The translations under genes and the position numbers were made by a program. The notes beneath the pieces are model-generated. The model did not search any database, was not told the DNA's origin, and saw nothing but the letters and a program-made list of their open reading frames with translations. From Catajapyx aquilonaris (taxonomy: Eukaryota): a stretch of 52,491 nt of DNA. Shown piece after piece: positions 12,830 through 36,148 of this stretch (position 1 is its first letter; the number at the start of each line of letters is the position of its first letter). The stretch lies in the NCBI GenBank assembly GCA_000934665.2, contig JYFJ02002698.1:1-52491 (forward strand), read 5' to 3'.

Positions 12830-13430
12830 AAACAAGCTATAACAGTTAACAACTGAAAGCTATATTACATACTATTACATAGCTATATTGAATATTAATT
12901 TTAACAATATTATTAATAACAATCATTATTAACAACATTATTAATAACAATTATTATTAATAACGATTATTGGCAAACACTATTAATAATAACTATCATT
13001 AATAGCTGCTATTAAAATATACCTACTATTGATAGCTATTAACATTATCAACAATTCGATATTATTAATAGCTATCTATTTTCAACAATATTATTATCAA
13101 TAACTATCACCAATACTATTTATTAATGGCTATTAATAATATTTCATTAATAGCTATTAATAATATTTAATATTAATAGCCACTATTAATATTAATTAAT
13201 AATGGCTATTAATATTTAATTAATAATGGATACTAATATTTAATTAATAATGGCTATTAATATTTAATTAATAACTATTAGTAATAATATGTAATTATCA
13301 ACTAAATTATTATTTAATTAATACCATAACTATTATTAATGATATGTAATTAATACCATAACTATTATTGATATTTAATTAATAGCTACCGGTATTATTA
13401 TTTAATTAATAACTATTAATAACGGGAATA
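12830..13430. repeat. AT-rich low-complexity block with degenerate tattaataa motifs and a local 24-bp tandem
   Basis: taattaataatggctattaatatt occurs about three times near 13192-13270; GC content is very low throughout. Confidence 0.85.
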
Positions 13431-13746
13431 AGATAATATACGTAACCATCTCACTCAATAATAGCTTTTCAAGGCTATAAATATGAATTAACCAATACAA
13501 AGATGGCTGCATAGCCAGTAACTTAAGACTTGTCAAACGTATACGATCAATTTTTTTAGAGCACAAATATGCAAAGTGCAATTAAGACGTTTAAAATTCT
13601 TGGTACTGATATTAGTGTCGCTTCATGCCAGTACTTTATGGTGTAGGTGCTTAGCGAACGTGTAAACGGCGGCAGGTATCAGCCAATAAATAATACCGCT
13701 ATTATAACAATGTCTTTGTGCACGAATTGCAAATAGTGAGCAGGTA

Positions 13747-13780
13747 GAGAGAGAGAGAGANGTAGAGAGAGAGAGAGAGA
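13747..13780. repeat. (GA)n microsatellite containing an N
   Basis: agagagagagagagangtagagagagagagagaga. Confidence 0.9.
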
Positions 13781-15067
13781 AAAAAAAAATGGTGGGAGGG
13801 GAAGGACGTTACAAATGAAAGTTATGACACAGGTCAGGGATGGCGGGGAGCGGCGCATTACGTCAGGATGCAAACGCGATCCTGTGTGACTTTTATTACC
13901 ACTATATTGTGGGACGGACCTTGATGAACCCAAGAGATATGTTGCGAATCGTTGTAATAAGCAAATGGGAGGCCAGCAACTATGAATGTTGCGCAACACT
14001 ATTTTATCTCGGTGCAATCCTAACGCCCTGGACAAAAATGATAGTGTGGGAGATTGTTGGGGCAATGTCCTACTGAATGGAATGTTATTTATTTTAAGAA
14101 TAATTCAATTGGAAGAGCTAAAGAACCGCAAAAAAAATCAACCAATTTGAGCTAAAATGATATTTTATGTTAATGTTTTGTCCATCTATATAATAAATTA
14201 AGTCCAGTTCGACTTTATTAGAGCAGATCAAGCTAATTGGACGATTGATAAAAATTAGGTATGTATATTGTTCTCAGCCCCCAGCTTTCGAACAACAGTT
14301 ATTATTACAACTAATAAAAGAGCAACCTTGCACTTTTTCAAAAATATTCATCCAGTGAAGTATATCAATAACCCTAAACTAGCACAATGTTTAGGCCTAC
14401 ACACTGATACTGCATCATAATAATTAGGCAGGACACCTCATTTTACTTGTAGAATAGTCGGTAGTAAATGGTCTCCAGCAAATAAAGACATGGAGAGCTC
14501 GTATAGAGATAAAAGAGATGGGCATCTCAGATTATCCCTTCTTTTGATTCCATTACAAAAACAGCAGTCGCCGAACTCATCATAAGTCCTATCCATGGTT
14601 AAGAGGGGTGGGGAACATATGTGGAAATAGAAAAGAAAAAAAAATAGTCTTAGTCAGAAGAGGGTTGGATATTGCCACCCACATTGATGGATGGTTAGCC
14701 CCCCCGATCCAGTTATGAGGTGGTATAAAAGATGCCATCTTCAGCACGTTTTTACAACGAGGATAGCCCCTCCCATCTAAGTCGCCCAGGGGCCAACTCT
14801 GAATGGGAATTGCCCCTCAGATTGCCAGGATGGAATCTGCTCCAAGGGTGCTGTCTGTTCCCACATTTTTTTTTCTCCTTTCCTGTTTAGGGGGAGGTTT
14901 GGAGGTGTGGAAAGGGTCAGGGTTCAGCTTCAACGCACACTAAGTCATTTCTGGAATTGGTCATCAGGTTAACCATACTAGGATTGTGCACAAACTGGTC
15001 TCCCTTTTTTTAAAAAAATTTAAAAAATATATGTGCAGGCAACAACTTAGCAGATAATATTTTGCAA

Positions 15068-15096
15068 CTAGAAGGATACCCGGCGTTTCTCGGGTT
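15068..15096 (-). mobile_element. Helitron-like 3' terminus (remnant)
   Basis: The minus strand reads aacccgagaaacgccgggtatccttCTAGtt: a GC hairpin followed a few nt later by CTAG and a T flank. No 5' end was identified. Confidence 0.55.
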
Positions 15097-16403
15097 ATGA
15101 AATTAATTAAGGAATGGAAGTCATCTTTGACAGAAAAGAGGGAGCAAAGTATCGATACGATGTCGTATCGATGCTACATCCGGCATTTCTGCCTTTTGCG
15201 GCCAAGGATGACCTCGGAGGTCAAGTTCAATATGCTAAAAACCTTCTCCGTTCAAAACTACCCCTAATGATCCCCCTGGAGCATATGTCGATGCCTCCGT
15301 ATTGATTTGCATCGGGAACGTACAGACATACGTTGCGATATATGCATATAACCAACGCCATATCCACAGCCCCTTAATGGCTATTTGATTCCAGTTGTGT
15401 CTAGGATGAAGTGATTGAAGAGAGGAAACTGTGATCATCATCAAGCTCAACAATCAACATTTTTTTTTTTTTTGTTATCCACACTAACCACCTGGTACAC
15501 CCATTCAGGCCCACCCAACATGGTCATCCTGATGACCAACTCTGGCAACCACGCGCCATAATAGTGCCCCAAAGAATTTGTTTCCCTACGCCTTGAGTTT
15601 GTTTAAGGCCTGAGTGATAAGGTGCAATTTTCTTGCCAGTCGAATCCGGAGGAAAAAAAAAGATGGAAGGTAAAAAAAAGAAGAAGTCTGAGCCAGAGTG
15701 CTGACTTGACTCCTCCTACGGCGCCTTGCTTCCAAATGGGCTTTTTTTTTTGGTAGTCTTCGAGGATAGTTGTGTTATAGATAGGTTGGACCTCAACACT
15801 TTTACGCTTACCAACTGTGCAGTAGCATACATACAACACAGTGTGAAAGTCTGCTCCACTTTTTTGGATTTATTGAGAAAACGTAATAATTAACGGTTAT
15901 GGCTGTTAATCTCAAATCAGTTTTTTAGTAATTGATATGAAAAAAAAAGTTGAGTTGCAATTACCGGTCCTACGAGGGTGGTCCACCCCCGGTCACAGTT
16001 TGGAGTAAGAAAATGAGTGGTAAGACGCGATAAGACTCTGCCTCTTGCAAATCATAATAACATGGGCAGCACGTTAAATCATGAGCAGGACACGTCGATT
16101 TTCTCCAAGCAACTTTAATGGCTCCAATTATGGCTATTACTACAGCGAGGCCATTCGATTCTTCCCAATCTGATCCAGCTTTTTTACCATGTTGTGACAG
16201 ACTTCACAACTCCTTCAATGGAATGAATGAGATTTTTTTTTTTTTGCTTAACGAGTTATGGTTAGAATAATTGGTGCAAAACCGGATTTTCAATAACGCT
16301 ATCTAGCAGGTTTAATTTAACATGCTAATTATTCATTTATATTATGTAAAAAAATAAGCAGTTTCAATGCCTGTTTCAAACTTACTATAGCTTGTGTCTA
16401 CAC

Positions 16404-16648
16404 CAGCGGTTCCTATAAATTGGGTTCTGGGGGATCATCAGGGTTCCGCGAGTCAGATAAATGGTTCTTATTTGAAACTGCAGTTATTTAATTTGAAGTC
16501 ATCATAGTAAGAGTTATAACAAGTAAAAACATTACTAAAAATTTGTTTTGCATGTTAACAATTATTACTATAGTTAAATTTTTATTTTGGGGTTCCGCCA
16601 AATAATTCGTTAAGGGTTCTGCGACTCAAAAAGGTTTGGGAACCCCTG
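16404..16648. mobile_element. 245-bp non-autonomous hAT (Charlie-like) element with 8-bp TSD
   Basis: Ends cagcggttcc / ggaacccctg; exact 8-bp duplication GTCTACAC at 16396-16403 and 16649-16656; subterminal gggttccgc repeats. Confidence 0.92.
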
Positions 16649-17899
16649 GTCTACACTACTCAAATTAGCTTCACAAGTTACTATTCCCATCAACCCCTTC
16701 ATATACCATCCTTCATCCCCCCCAAGGGTACCTTAGAACCCCTCACAAAACCCCCTCACATTTCACCTCCAACTGTGGCAATGACAGCCCCAAATCCTTC
16801 CGGTTGCAACCGTCAATTGTCTAGCAACCCTCCTAAAAAAACATACCCAAACTCCCAAAAATTCCCTCCCTTCCTGTCACCCCCACCCTCCTTCAGGCTC
16901 AATGGCCCTAATGAAGGATAGTTAAGAATAATGGCGAAATAATTTTGTTGTCAGCGGTGTCGTAATTTGGCAATTTATAGCGCGGCCAAACCTCCTTCTT
17001 CCTCCCGTTAACAAGGTGCTGGCAGATAAAGGCAGCCAAACCCTCTTCAAGCCTAAGGTTTACCTCATTTTTTTCCATTTTTTTGTGGCCAGTTTTTTTA
17101 TTTATAACCAATACGCGCTAGATGGCGTGTGGCCTATTAGCCAACAAAATGGCGTAAGTGCGGTTTTTGTGTGGCATGATTCCACCAGCTGCACATACAG
17201 GGTGAAAACATATGGTAGGACAATAAATAATTTTTTGGGATAGGTTCCGGTGAGGCCATGACAATGTTTTTTTTGAGCGAAAATCGCATTAACCGCAATG
17301 TGCAAAAAAAAAATTCATGGGAAACAGGCCTCTGGGTATGGGAGAGCCTGAAGCACAAACATACGGTCATATGAGTATATGGTGAGAACTGGTCACTTGT
17401 GCAGCTTTGAGGGCAGTGTGAGCCAAAAAAAAAAACTATGAGTCAATCAATGACCTTATAGAGATCATTAAAGACAGTTGACTGCACCAAACTTCATCCC
17501 CATAATGAGCCCTTCGATCCCCGTCAATCCGATCAATCGGCCCCTAATTACGAGAGATCTGCATCAATAAGTGGAGAGGATTAATGACTCCCCCTTTAGG
17601 TGGGGGGAGGGGGGGGGGTTCTCTTCTTTTTTTGTGTGTGTGTATGTAGATATGATCAGTTTCGGTTGCCTAGTCACGCCCCATGGCCAGTGGACCAATG
17701 GGTCTTGTTGGTGAAAGGAGCATATCTCACGCGGGTCAGGCCACCCAGAAGGTGATGATGGTGCTGGGGAGGTTACACGCCAAATATGGGTTCGGGAAGA
17801 AAAGCGAGTTGTCTGTGGTAGGGCTGGACTGTGGGCGTATCGAACATACATTTGGGTACGTAATGTCATGTCTCATGGTTTCAGAAAATGTGGTAAAAC

Positions 17900-17902
<3 letters not shown>

Positions 17903-17980
<78 letters not shown>
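17903..17980. repeat. (AT)39 microsatellite
   Basis: Perfect AT dinucleotide run. Confidence 0.97.
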
Positions 17981-17986
<6 letters not shown>

Positions 17987-18980
17987 TTGCAAATAAAGTG
18001 CATTATCCGCCACGAATACTACGTCATCTGCATATGGTAAAACCTTGTAGATGACGTAGTATTCGTGGCTGATAATGCACTTTATATACAAAAGGAAATA
18101 AATGTGTTCCAGGAGTATTTGAAGGAAAAAAATATAGTGTGTATGTACACAAAATATTAGTTTTGACAAGAATTCAGTCAACAGCCATTGGCATTTGAAC
18201 CCTGAGGGTACAGATGTCGTGCCAGCATTTAGGGGGGTTTGAGAAAGGTGGCAGCCCCCAAATGTCTTCTGCTGGTTTACTCCTGTCACATTCCTCCTGA
18301 AGCACGCAGTTAGGGATGGGGCTTAATTTGTGTCGGTTCTAACAGGCGTAAATCAGTGCCTGTAAAAAATATAAAAAATAAAAAAATAGGGGGGTTCCAC
18401 TACAAAAAAAATGGTATCTGGGAGGACTGTTGAGGAGGACCTGGGGCCCGGGACTGGATGGTCTCTGCCGGTGGTCCTCTTCCTTTTTCTGGGTGGCCCG
18501 CCCCTCACTCTGGGCCCCAATGGGAAGGCAACAGCTGTAATCCAAACCTGGCACGCCTCCTTTCCACTTACACCCTCCCTTCCAGCTCATATTTTCAGCC
18601 CTTTTTTTTTTCTTCTTTTGTCTGACTAATATTACTCATGGTCTTTGCAAGTGCTATTGGACTTGGAGCCGTTGGAACCGGCCTTTGACCCAGCCCGCAC
18701 CTCTTCAGCATGGAGGACAATGCAGGATGACATACGATATCCAAGATGTGGAGGATGCACCAACAGCTGCTGTGGCGACTGTCTCCCACGACACGTCCGA
18801 GAAGTAAAAATTATGCTTCCTGTTAGATGGAGCCGCACACAATGGCCACCATCATTCCACAGAATATCCCTCCCGTCTAAAATATTTTTATAATAAATGT
18901 ATACAGCAAAACCTACAAGATAGCACTTTTTGGAACGGAAAGGGAAAGTAATACGCCTTTCAATTGATTCAGTGTCATCA

Positions 18981-18986
18981 TTTATT
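18981..18986 (-). terminator. Probable polyadenylation signal (AATAAA) of LIMK1, implying a 3' UTR of about 1.55 kb
   Basis: Plus-strand tttatt at 18981-18986, downstream of the LIMK stop at 20538; the intervening sequence is ORF-poor and UTR-like. Confidence 0.5.
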
Positions 18987-20537
18987 ACCATTTGCACTGT
19001 ACAGTACAACAGGTTATATTTCTGGGCAGGTGAGCGTGTCCCATCACCAGTTCAGAAGACCTAAAATCCTGAATATTTGAGTTGACAAAACACACATTAT
19101 TTTGGCCTCGGCTGACAGTCTTGTGAATGCACTTGGAGTGCACTGCCTTGTACAGTGGACAATTATTAATAGTCATAATTGCATTTGCGAGGGATGTAAA
19201 TGTTAGGAGGAAAAAAAAAAGTTATTGTATTGAAGGACGACACGTGATCACAACAGTTTATCCTACAACTTTTACCCTAGTGCACCTTGAGGTGCAGCAG
19301 TTTTAATTTATACACTCACACAAACACAAAAATACACCTCTTTTTGCACACAGCTATTCCAGTAGCTACAAAATGATTAGAAGCGAAGCCAGAAACTTCC
19401 TTCTGAAATGGCATCGGTTGGAATGATGTGTGCGAGGAGGAATTAAGTACGGCACCTTTGCATGGCTTTCACATAACAAATGGATACAAAAACTTGTACA
19501 AAAGAGTGAGATTCTCCACAGCAATAAGCCTCCCTACATCTATCACAGTGTCAACAATGGAAATAAAATCTGCAAAAAGCACAAGCTTTGATGCAGAAGT
19601 AACAAAAATGTGCTTAGAATAAAATAGCTAAACCATTTATGGTACTCTCTCTCTTGAAAAAGAAATAGTATCAAAACCAATAGATTCTACCTGGTCCGTT
19701 TCTTCGTAGCGTCAATTAATCTCAAGAGCCAATAAAACAAAAATATTGCACTGCACTAACTTGTAAGTGCAACTAAAAACTAAATCAAATGAGCACCATT
19801 CAAGCGTATCACCCACTCACATATACACACACCATTTTTCTGTACTATACATTAGAGAAACAGGTTAAAATGGAACGATTTTGGTGAATGGCCACCACCT
19901 TGTTAACAATAAGTGTTAGAGGTGCAAGTTGTTTCTTTCATTATTTGCTAAATTATAATACTATTCAAAGATCTCTTTGCCTGATGGAGAAACATGTACA
20001 GTAGGAAACAAAAGATCCGTATTGCGTTTTTTGGTCCACCTGTAAAACTGCGAGTGTCGTGAAATAAACTCTTTGAGTCCACTATTATGCATAATATACT
20101 CTCTGCCTACCAGTCCTCCTAACTAGGATTGTCACATAGTTTATTTTCCTGTGTTCTCTTTCTAATCACGTGGTAAAGTACAACAACTGCACGAGTGTGC
20201 CAGGTAGTTACCACTATGGAAATGGATTCTTCATATACTGTATATATTTTTTTAAAGCAAATCCTTTGCCCTACTTCATTGCACACCCAACAATCCCATT
20301 TGTTTTCCTGATTAGAGAGACTCTACACAATCAGCAAGTGAGAAGCTACTAATAAATCCCTCTGCTTCAGTATTATATTCTCGGAACAACCTAACTGCTC
20401 AGAGAGTAACTTTTAGTTCTCTATGTATTAACTGCATACGGTATACTGTACACACAACATTAAAATCATTGCCCTTTTTTTTTGTTTTACTCACACATCC
20501 ATTCATACTGACACACTCATGCACCTGGAAAACCTAG

Positions 20538-31042
<10,505 letters not shown>

Positions 31043-34000
31043 CTAAAAATGTAGTAAATAATGGTTAAAAGTATATAACTACCTCTATGGCGGCATTGTT
31101 CTGATACATGCAACAAAACAATGGGGTTGGTCCGTAGTCAATTGATAACTCGGGCCATTTCCTGTCGCCATACCTTTACAATACGACAAAGGGTGTGACC
31201 TACAAATAACCGCGCGACACATTACGTAATGGGTGCGTCATTCGGCATTTTGCATAATGTGCGTGACACATTCAGTGCCCTACATTTTCCTTTACGCATA
31301 TAGTCCATTTCTTCATATTTCATCTCAATAATTTGCTAGTAATGAGTCTTATTACCGCCAGAGAGCGTTTCAGGTATTCCTTGAGAGAAAAAGCGGCTTC
31401 TGTTGAATAAAACTGGAACTACCAGCTGGTTTTTTCCAGCCCTGAATAATTCGGCACCTAGTTCAAACCATGTGTAACATAACGTTTAAATAACATATTA
31501 CATCACCATATAATACCAGAATGAAGTGGACCACAATCGACACTTGAGCACTTAAATTAGCCCACATTTCTTGGCATTCTTTCAACTATACCGTGCGATT
31601 GCATCGTCTGTCTCAAGTGGTGAAAACCATTGCCCCGGCAGCACCATGCATTGAACCCCGTTGTCAATACCACTGATCAGTTGGGTTGCCACATTTGATT
31701 TATGTCCTGCACGGCATGACTTTTTCTGACACGATGCCAGGACCTGCTGAGACGGAGTGTCAGCAACCACCAACTTAATTGGGTGACAAGAGATCGTATT
31801 TGTCGATTGCTGTCACGTACCCCGACTTCTTCAGTATAGCTCTACGTGGGATGATGCAAAGGTACCGGCCAGTTTTGTTCGGTGGACAGCGTGAATCACG
31901 ACACCCTTTACTCCTACTCCTATTTCGAACAAGCATTACGAAGGCCTTGAGCATCTATTCGTGGGACAGATTTACGATGGAATGAGTACGTGTCCATTCA
32001 TGCCTTTCAATGTGGGGCGAATTAGACGCGGTTATCTATTCGATGCTAATTCATTTTTGGGAGTCGCATCTTTGTGATGTGTGTCTGCGTATTTAAATGG
32101 GTGTTGCGCAATAGTAAACTTTAGATGTGTTCTCACACATGCTCCTCAGTATGGGAAGTAAAGTCAGGAGCATGTCAGGAGTAAGGAACTGTAGCCTGCT
32201 AATTATGCACGTTGCATGTAATTGCAAAATTCATGCAACTGTATAGATTACATAGCCTTCTGAGCTTTGTGAGAAATTCAGAAAGGGAAAGTATAATGCT
32301 TGTGTTCCTTGCTTATTTTTGCTATTCTGTTTCAATTTGCAATAGTAATATGCAGCATGGGACTGTTGACAGTACACGGTGCGGCGCAGGATATTTGCAA
32401 TGAAAATCGTACAAGGCTGCATAAGTAATGCAGATCTTATTGAATGAGATCACCACCAACTATCAGTGCTAGGACATATCAACACAGTAAGCACAGGCAG
32501 CAATCAGGCATTTTATTGCCCTCAAATCACGCCTACATTCCATAAGCCTTATAAAGAGGTGCAGTCTTCCTCAATCACATGCGTTACGTAGCTTTATTAT
32601 CCGTCACTTGTCAGTTATAACGGCTTTAGTGTATCCTACTTTAGAACCGACTTATGTAAGAATATTCCTGCTGAAAAATCCTGCAGCATTTTTTTCCCCT
32701 ATGAGTAACATGAGTGAAATGCGGTAGGTCCTCAAGGTTGTTAAGAAGTTTCTGGCCTATGGACCTTGGACTGATTGGAGTTTTGAGGGACTACCGAGCA
32801 GCAGTAAAAGCTCCTCTGAATCAACAACTACTCATGCACAGAGTTTTCCTATTGCGAACTTGTTTTAGCCTTCCTTATATCCCCTGCTGGCTTTGTTGAC
32901 GCATGCTACTTGTCGGACCCCATTATATTTGGGTGTCATACGTGGGTAGAATTCATTTTCGGACTTTATTTGGGGACAGTTTGGTAGACGAGTCGTCTCA
33001 GTGAGGTCGTACTGTACAAGTAGTGGCCGCTTACTTTCTCTGTTATTAACTCATCGTCGTGACCATGGAGGGTGACAATGTGCGATTAATTCGAGGTGGC
33101 GATAAGTTTGGTTCGTTAGTGATTATCGCAGTTTCCGCAGTCCCATGTTTAGACTGTGAAGGATGAAAATTCAGGAAACTTGACATTTTATGTGAAACTA
33201 TCCATTTTTATAGGACTAAAATTGCCAAGTACTGCACGATCTGGCAATCCTTGATTGTTGTCAGCTGCACCCTATTGTGCCTCGAAATTTCCGTAAGTGA
33301 AGGTGGACATGGTGGACATATTGTTCGTCAGAGCTAATCTTGACAGTATCAACTTTCCAGAGACGCGTTGGTGGTGTCGACAACAAACTGTACAACTTCC
33401 TGAAAATGTCGTGCATTGCTTACCAACTCACGGCCACCATTGTAAACATCTCTTTCGACTCTACGTACAACGTACCGAGGACAATGCCATGAATTTTTGT
33501 TCGGCTAATCTGTACACCGGTGTAAAGATACTGTCAGGCTGAATTGAGCACATGTGAAATGAGCGTCTGTGTGTGTCCGGTTACTTATCATGTTGCATCA
33601 GAAGCATTCATTATAATTAATGTGTGTTTTGTCTTGCAAGGTGGGTCCTTCATGAAGTACGGCGAAGATAACGAGACGTTTGGACTCTTATTATTGTTAC
33701 TTACGATGGCTTCGGAACGTCGATAGGGAAGGAATTATGATAAATATTTATTACGCGAGATTTTGAATTTTAATGTCCTTTTTTTGACATTTCATGGCAA
33801 AGACAACGCAAATGTATTACAAATGTCAAAGATTCTGACTTGCTCGACTGCAATCTCACGATATGGCCTTCAGTATGCCACTTTGCAGAGCGGTTTAAGC
33901 CAAAAACGAAAAAAAAAAATATGTATAAAAAGTGCAAGGCGCGAGTGCGTGGAAAGGGGTGAGAAAACGTGAGAGAAAGAAAGATAGACGATTGGAAAAA

Positions 34001-34304
34001 TACTCCAGTTACTACTAGGTTGATAGAGCACGTCACTCTCGGAAGTCATTAAAGGGAAACCACATATTTGGGTTCGTTGACATGGCTAGAATTCTAAGTG
34101 AGAAATAACTCTAGTGAAAAAGTGAGCAAGAAGTAGGTGCAAATCAGTCTGGTAGCAATATGATATTTAAAATAAACTTGTAAAATATTAGAGTGTTTAA
34201 TATAATCGCAACTTTACAGAGTAGCAGGTGGACAAATCTCGTGGAGTGAACCTATAATAAAATTGAGTAAAACGATTCAAATAAATACAAAGAGTAAGGA
34301 AACA

Positions 34305-34310
34305 TTTATT
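34305..34310 (-). terminator. Probable polyadenylation signal of the GPCR gene
   Basis: Plus-strand tttatt about 500 nt downstream of the GPCR stop codon. Confidence 0.45.
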
Positions 34311-34804
34311 GGTTTCACAACCAAGCAACATTGAAGCCAACTTCATTACGGTACATGAGGTCACATTCAAAACAGGCTCCTTCTAATGAATTGTTAATGA
34401 GCTCTTCGGCGAATAGCGCATGCAATTCTTCAAGGTTCTCTTTATAAGTTCGACATGGCCAATAACTTTCTACTCGCCCAACGTCCGAAGAGAGCAGACT
34501 TCATACAGAAATTACATGTCTTTCAAGTGCTCTTTAAGCTGCTAACTACACACAATGCCTTAAAACTCCCCAATAAATATTATTTAAATAGCGTTCAAAA
34601 ATTGACACGGCAATAAAATAAATCTTGAAGTAGCCAATTGTACAGAGGGAATATAAATAACAGTTACAAAATAATTTCATGCCGATTCTGCCTTCAAATT
34701 TGGCACACACAAACTACAAACACCAAAGTGCAACAATGCACCCAACTAAACGCTAGGAACAATGGGGAACAGGTGGGAACACGAACACATCAAAACACAC
34801 TCAG

Positions 34805-36148
34805 TCAGAGATCAGCCGTGTCTGTAGACGACGTTCCTTGAGTGGTGGCACTAGAGAAAGAACTGCGTGTCTCAGTCGCCAACGCTGGTTCCGGCAGCGC
34901 CAGCTGGCTCTTAGGACCTTGTCCGACCCACAGAGCCAGCATGAACATCTTTCTGTCTCTCTGGGCAGGTGTCGCAGGGGTCACCGTATGTTGGAGGACT
35001 GGCCGGCACAAAGGTCGAGGTCTGGTCAGAACGAGTCCAAACAGGCGTCGTACCTCTCTTCGGAGTCGTCGACTGCGATAGGCGTACAGCATGGGAGAGA
35101 TGAGGGAGTGGGTCAAGGTGAGGAACAGGGCAAGGGTGTCCATTGCCCTGGGGATATGCAGGTCATGGTGAGGTCGAAGCGCGTGCAGGCCCGCGGTGCA
35201 AAAGTAGGGCAGCCAGCATAGCAAGGTGGCTCCCAGGACCAGGATGGACACACGGGCTGCCCTGCCTTCCTCGCGGTACCGGAACAGGCTGGCGTTGGAG
35301 ATGCGGGACCTCAGGCTCCGGAAGCTCGATGGCCTGCTGCTGGACGATTGGGTCACCTGCAATTAGAGGGGGTCAGCAGGTGCTCGGAGGTGTTTGAACG
35401 CAACAATGTACCTGTGATGAGGAAGCAGGGAGTGTGGGCGATCCCGGACTGCTTCGTGTTCTTCGGCTGTTTCTTTGAGCCGCAAGGTATATCCTGGAGT
35501 GTATGGCCGCCAGCATGACCAGCGGTACCAGAAACACGGCAGTGCCAAACAGGAGGACAAACCCGATCCGGAAGATCCCCGGGGGGTCGTCACTCTGGTG
35601 GGCGCAGAGACCTCGGAAGGAGGACCCCTGCGGATGTAGTGCGGCCAAGATAGATACCAGCACGGCTACCCCCCACTGGCCGGCCATGAGCACCACACAA
35701 AGGGGTTTTGTCACCCTCATGTGGTAGTGCAGGGGGTCCGTCACGCCTAGATACTGGTCCACGGCGATGAGAAGCGTGGCCAGGATGGAGGCCGCGGCCA
35801 CCATGGCCACTGTTCCTTCCGCCGCACCGCACACGTGAGGTGGAAGCGTCGCACCCCATCCGGCCAGACCATCCAGGAGGGCCATGGGGAACAGGAGACT
35901 GCATGCCAACAGGTTGGACACCAACAGGTTTATCACAAATCTGCAATAAAATCGCTTATTAATAACTTGCTACGTTTAAATTCATCATCAGTGTACCTGT
36001 TGGAGAGTGTCCTAAGGGCTGGCCTCCTGGCGAAGACAACGAGGACAATCAGGTTGGCAGCAGCGGCCAAGATGAAGATGAAGACGAGGGCGGCCACAAA
36101 CAAAAGGAGCAGCACCACCTCGCCCGCGGGCAGTGATACAACCTCCAT
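34805..36148 (-). CDS. Orphan rhodopsin-like (class A) GPCR, about 410 aa
   Basis: Exons 36148-35997, 35940-35412, 35356-34805 (introns 56 and 55 nt; 1233 nt in frame). Seven hydrophobic segments: TM1 AANLIVL, TM2 NLLVSNLL, TM3 C..IAVDQY..V.DPLHY, TM4 W, TM5 FLVP, TM6 CWLPYF, TM7 SPMLY then RRLRREV helix 8. The N-terminus may extend upstream: acceptor at 36164, and the frame is open to 36367. Confidence 0.9.

Noticed and set aside
17441..17485. bantam-like GAGATCATT seed in a small hairpin
   Set aside because: The hairpin is too short and the rest does not match mature bantam.
17683..18289. ORFs with IYIYIY runs
   Set aside because: They are artefacts of the (AT)39 microsatellite.
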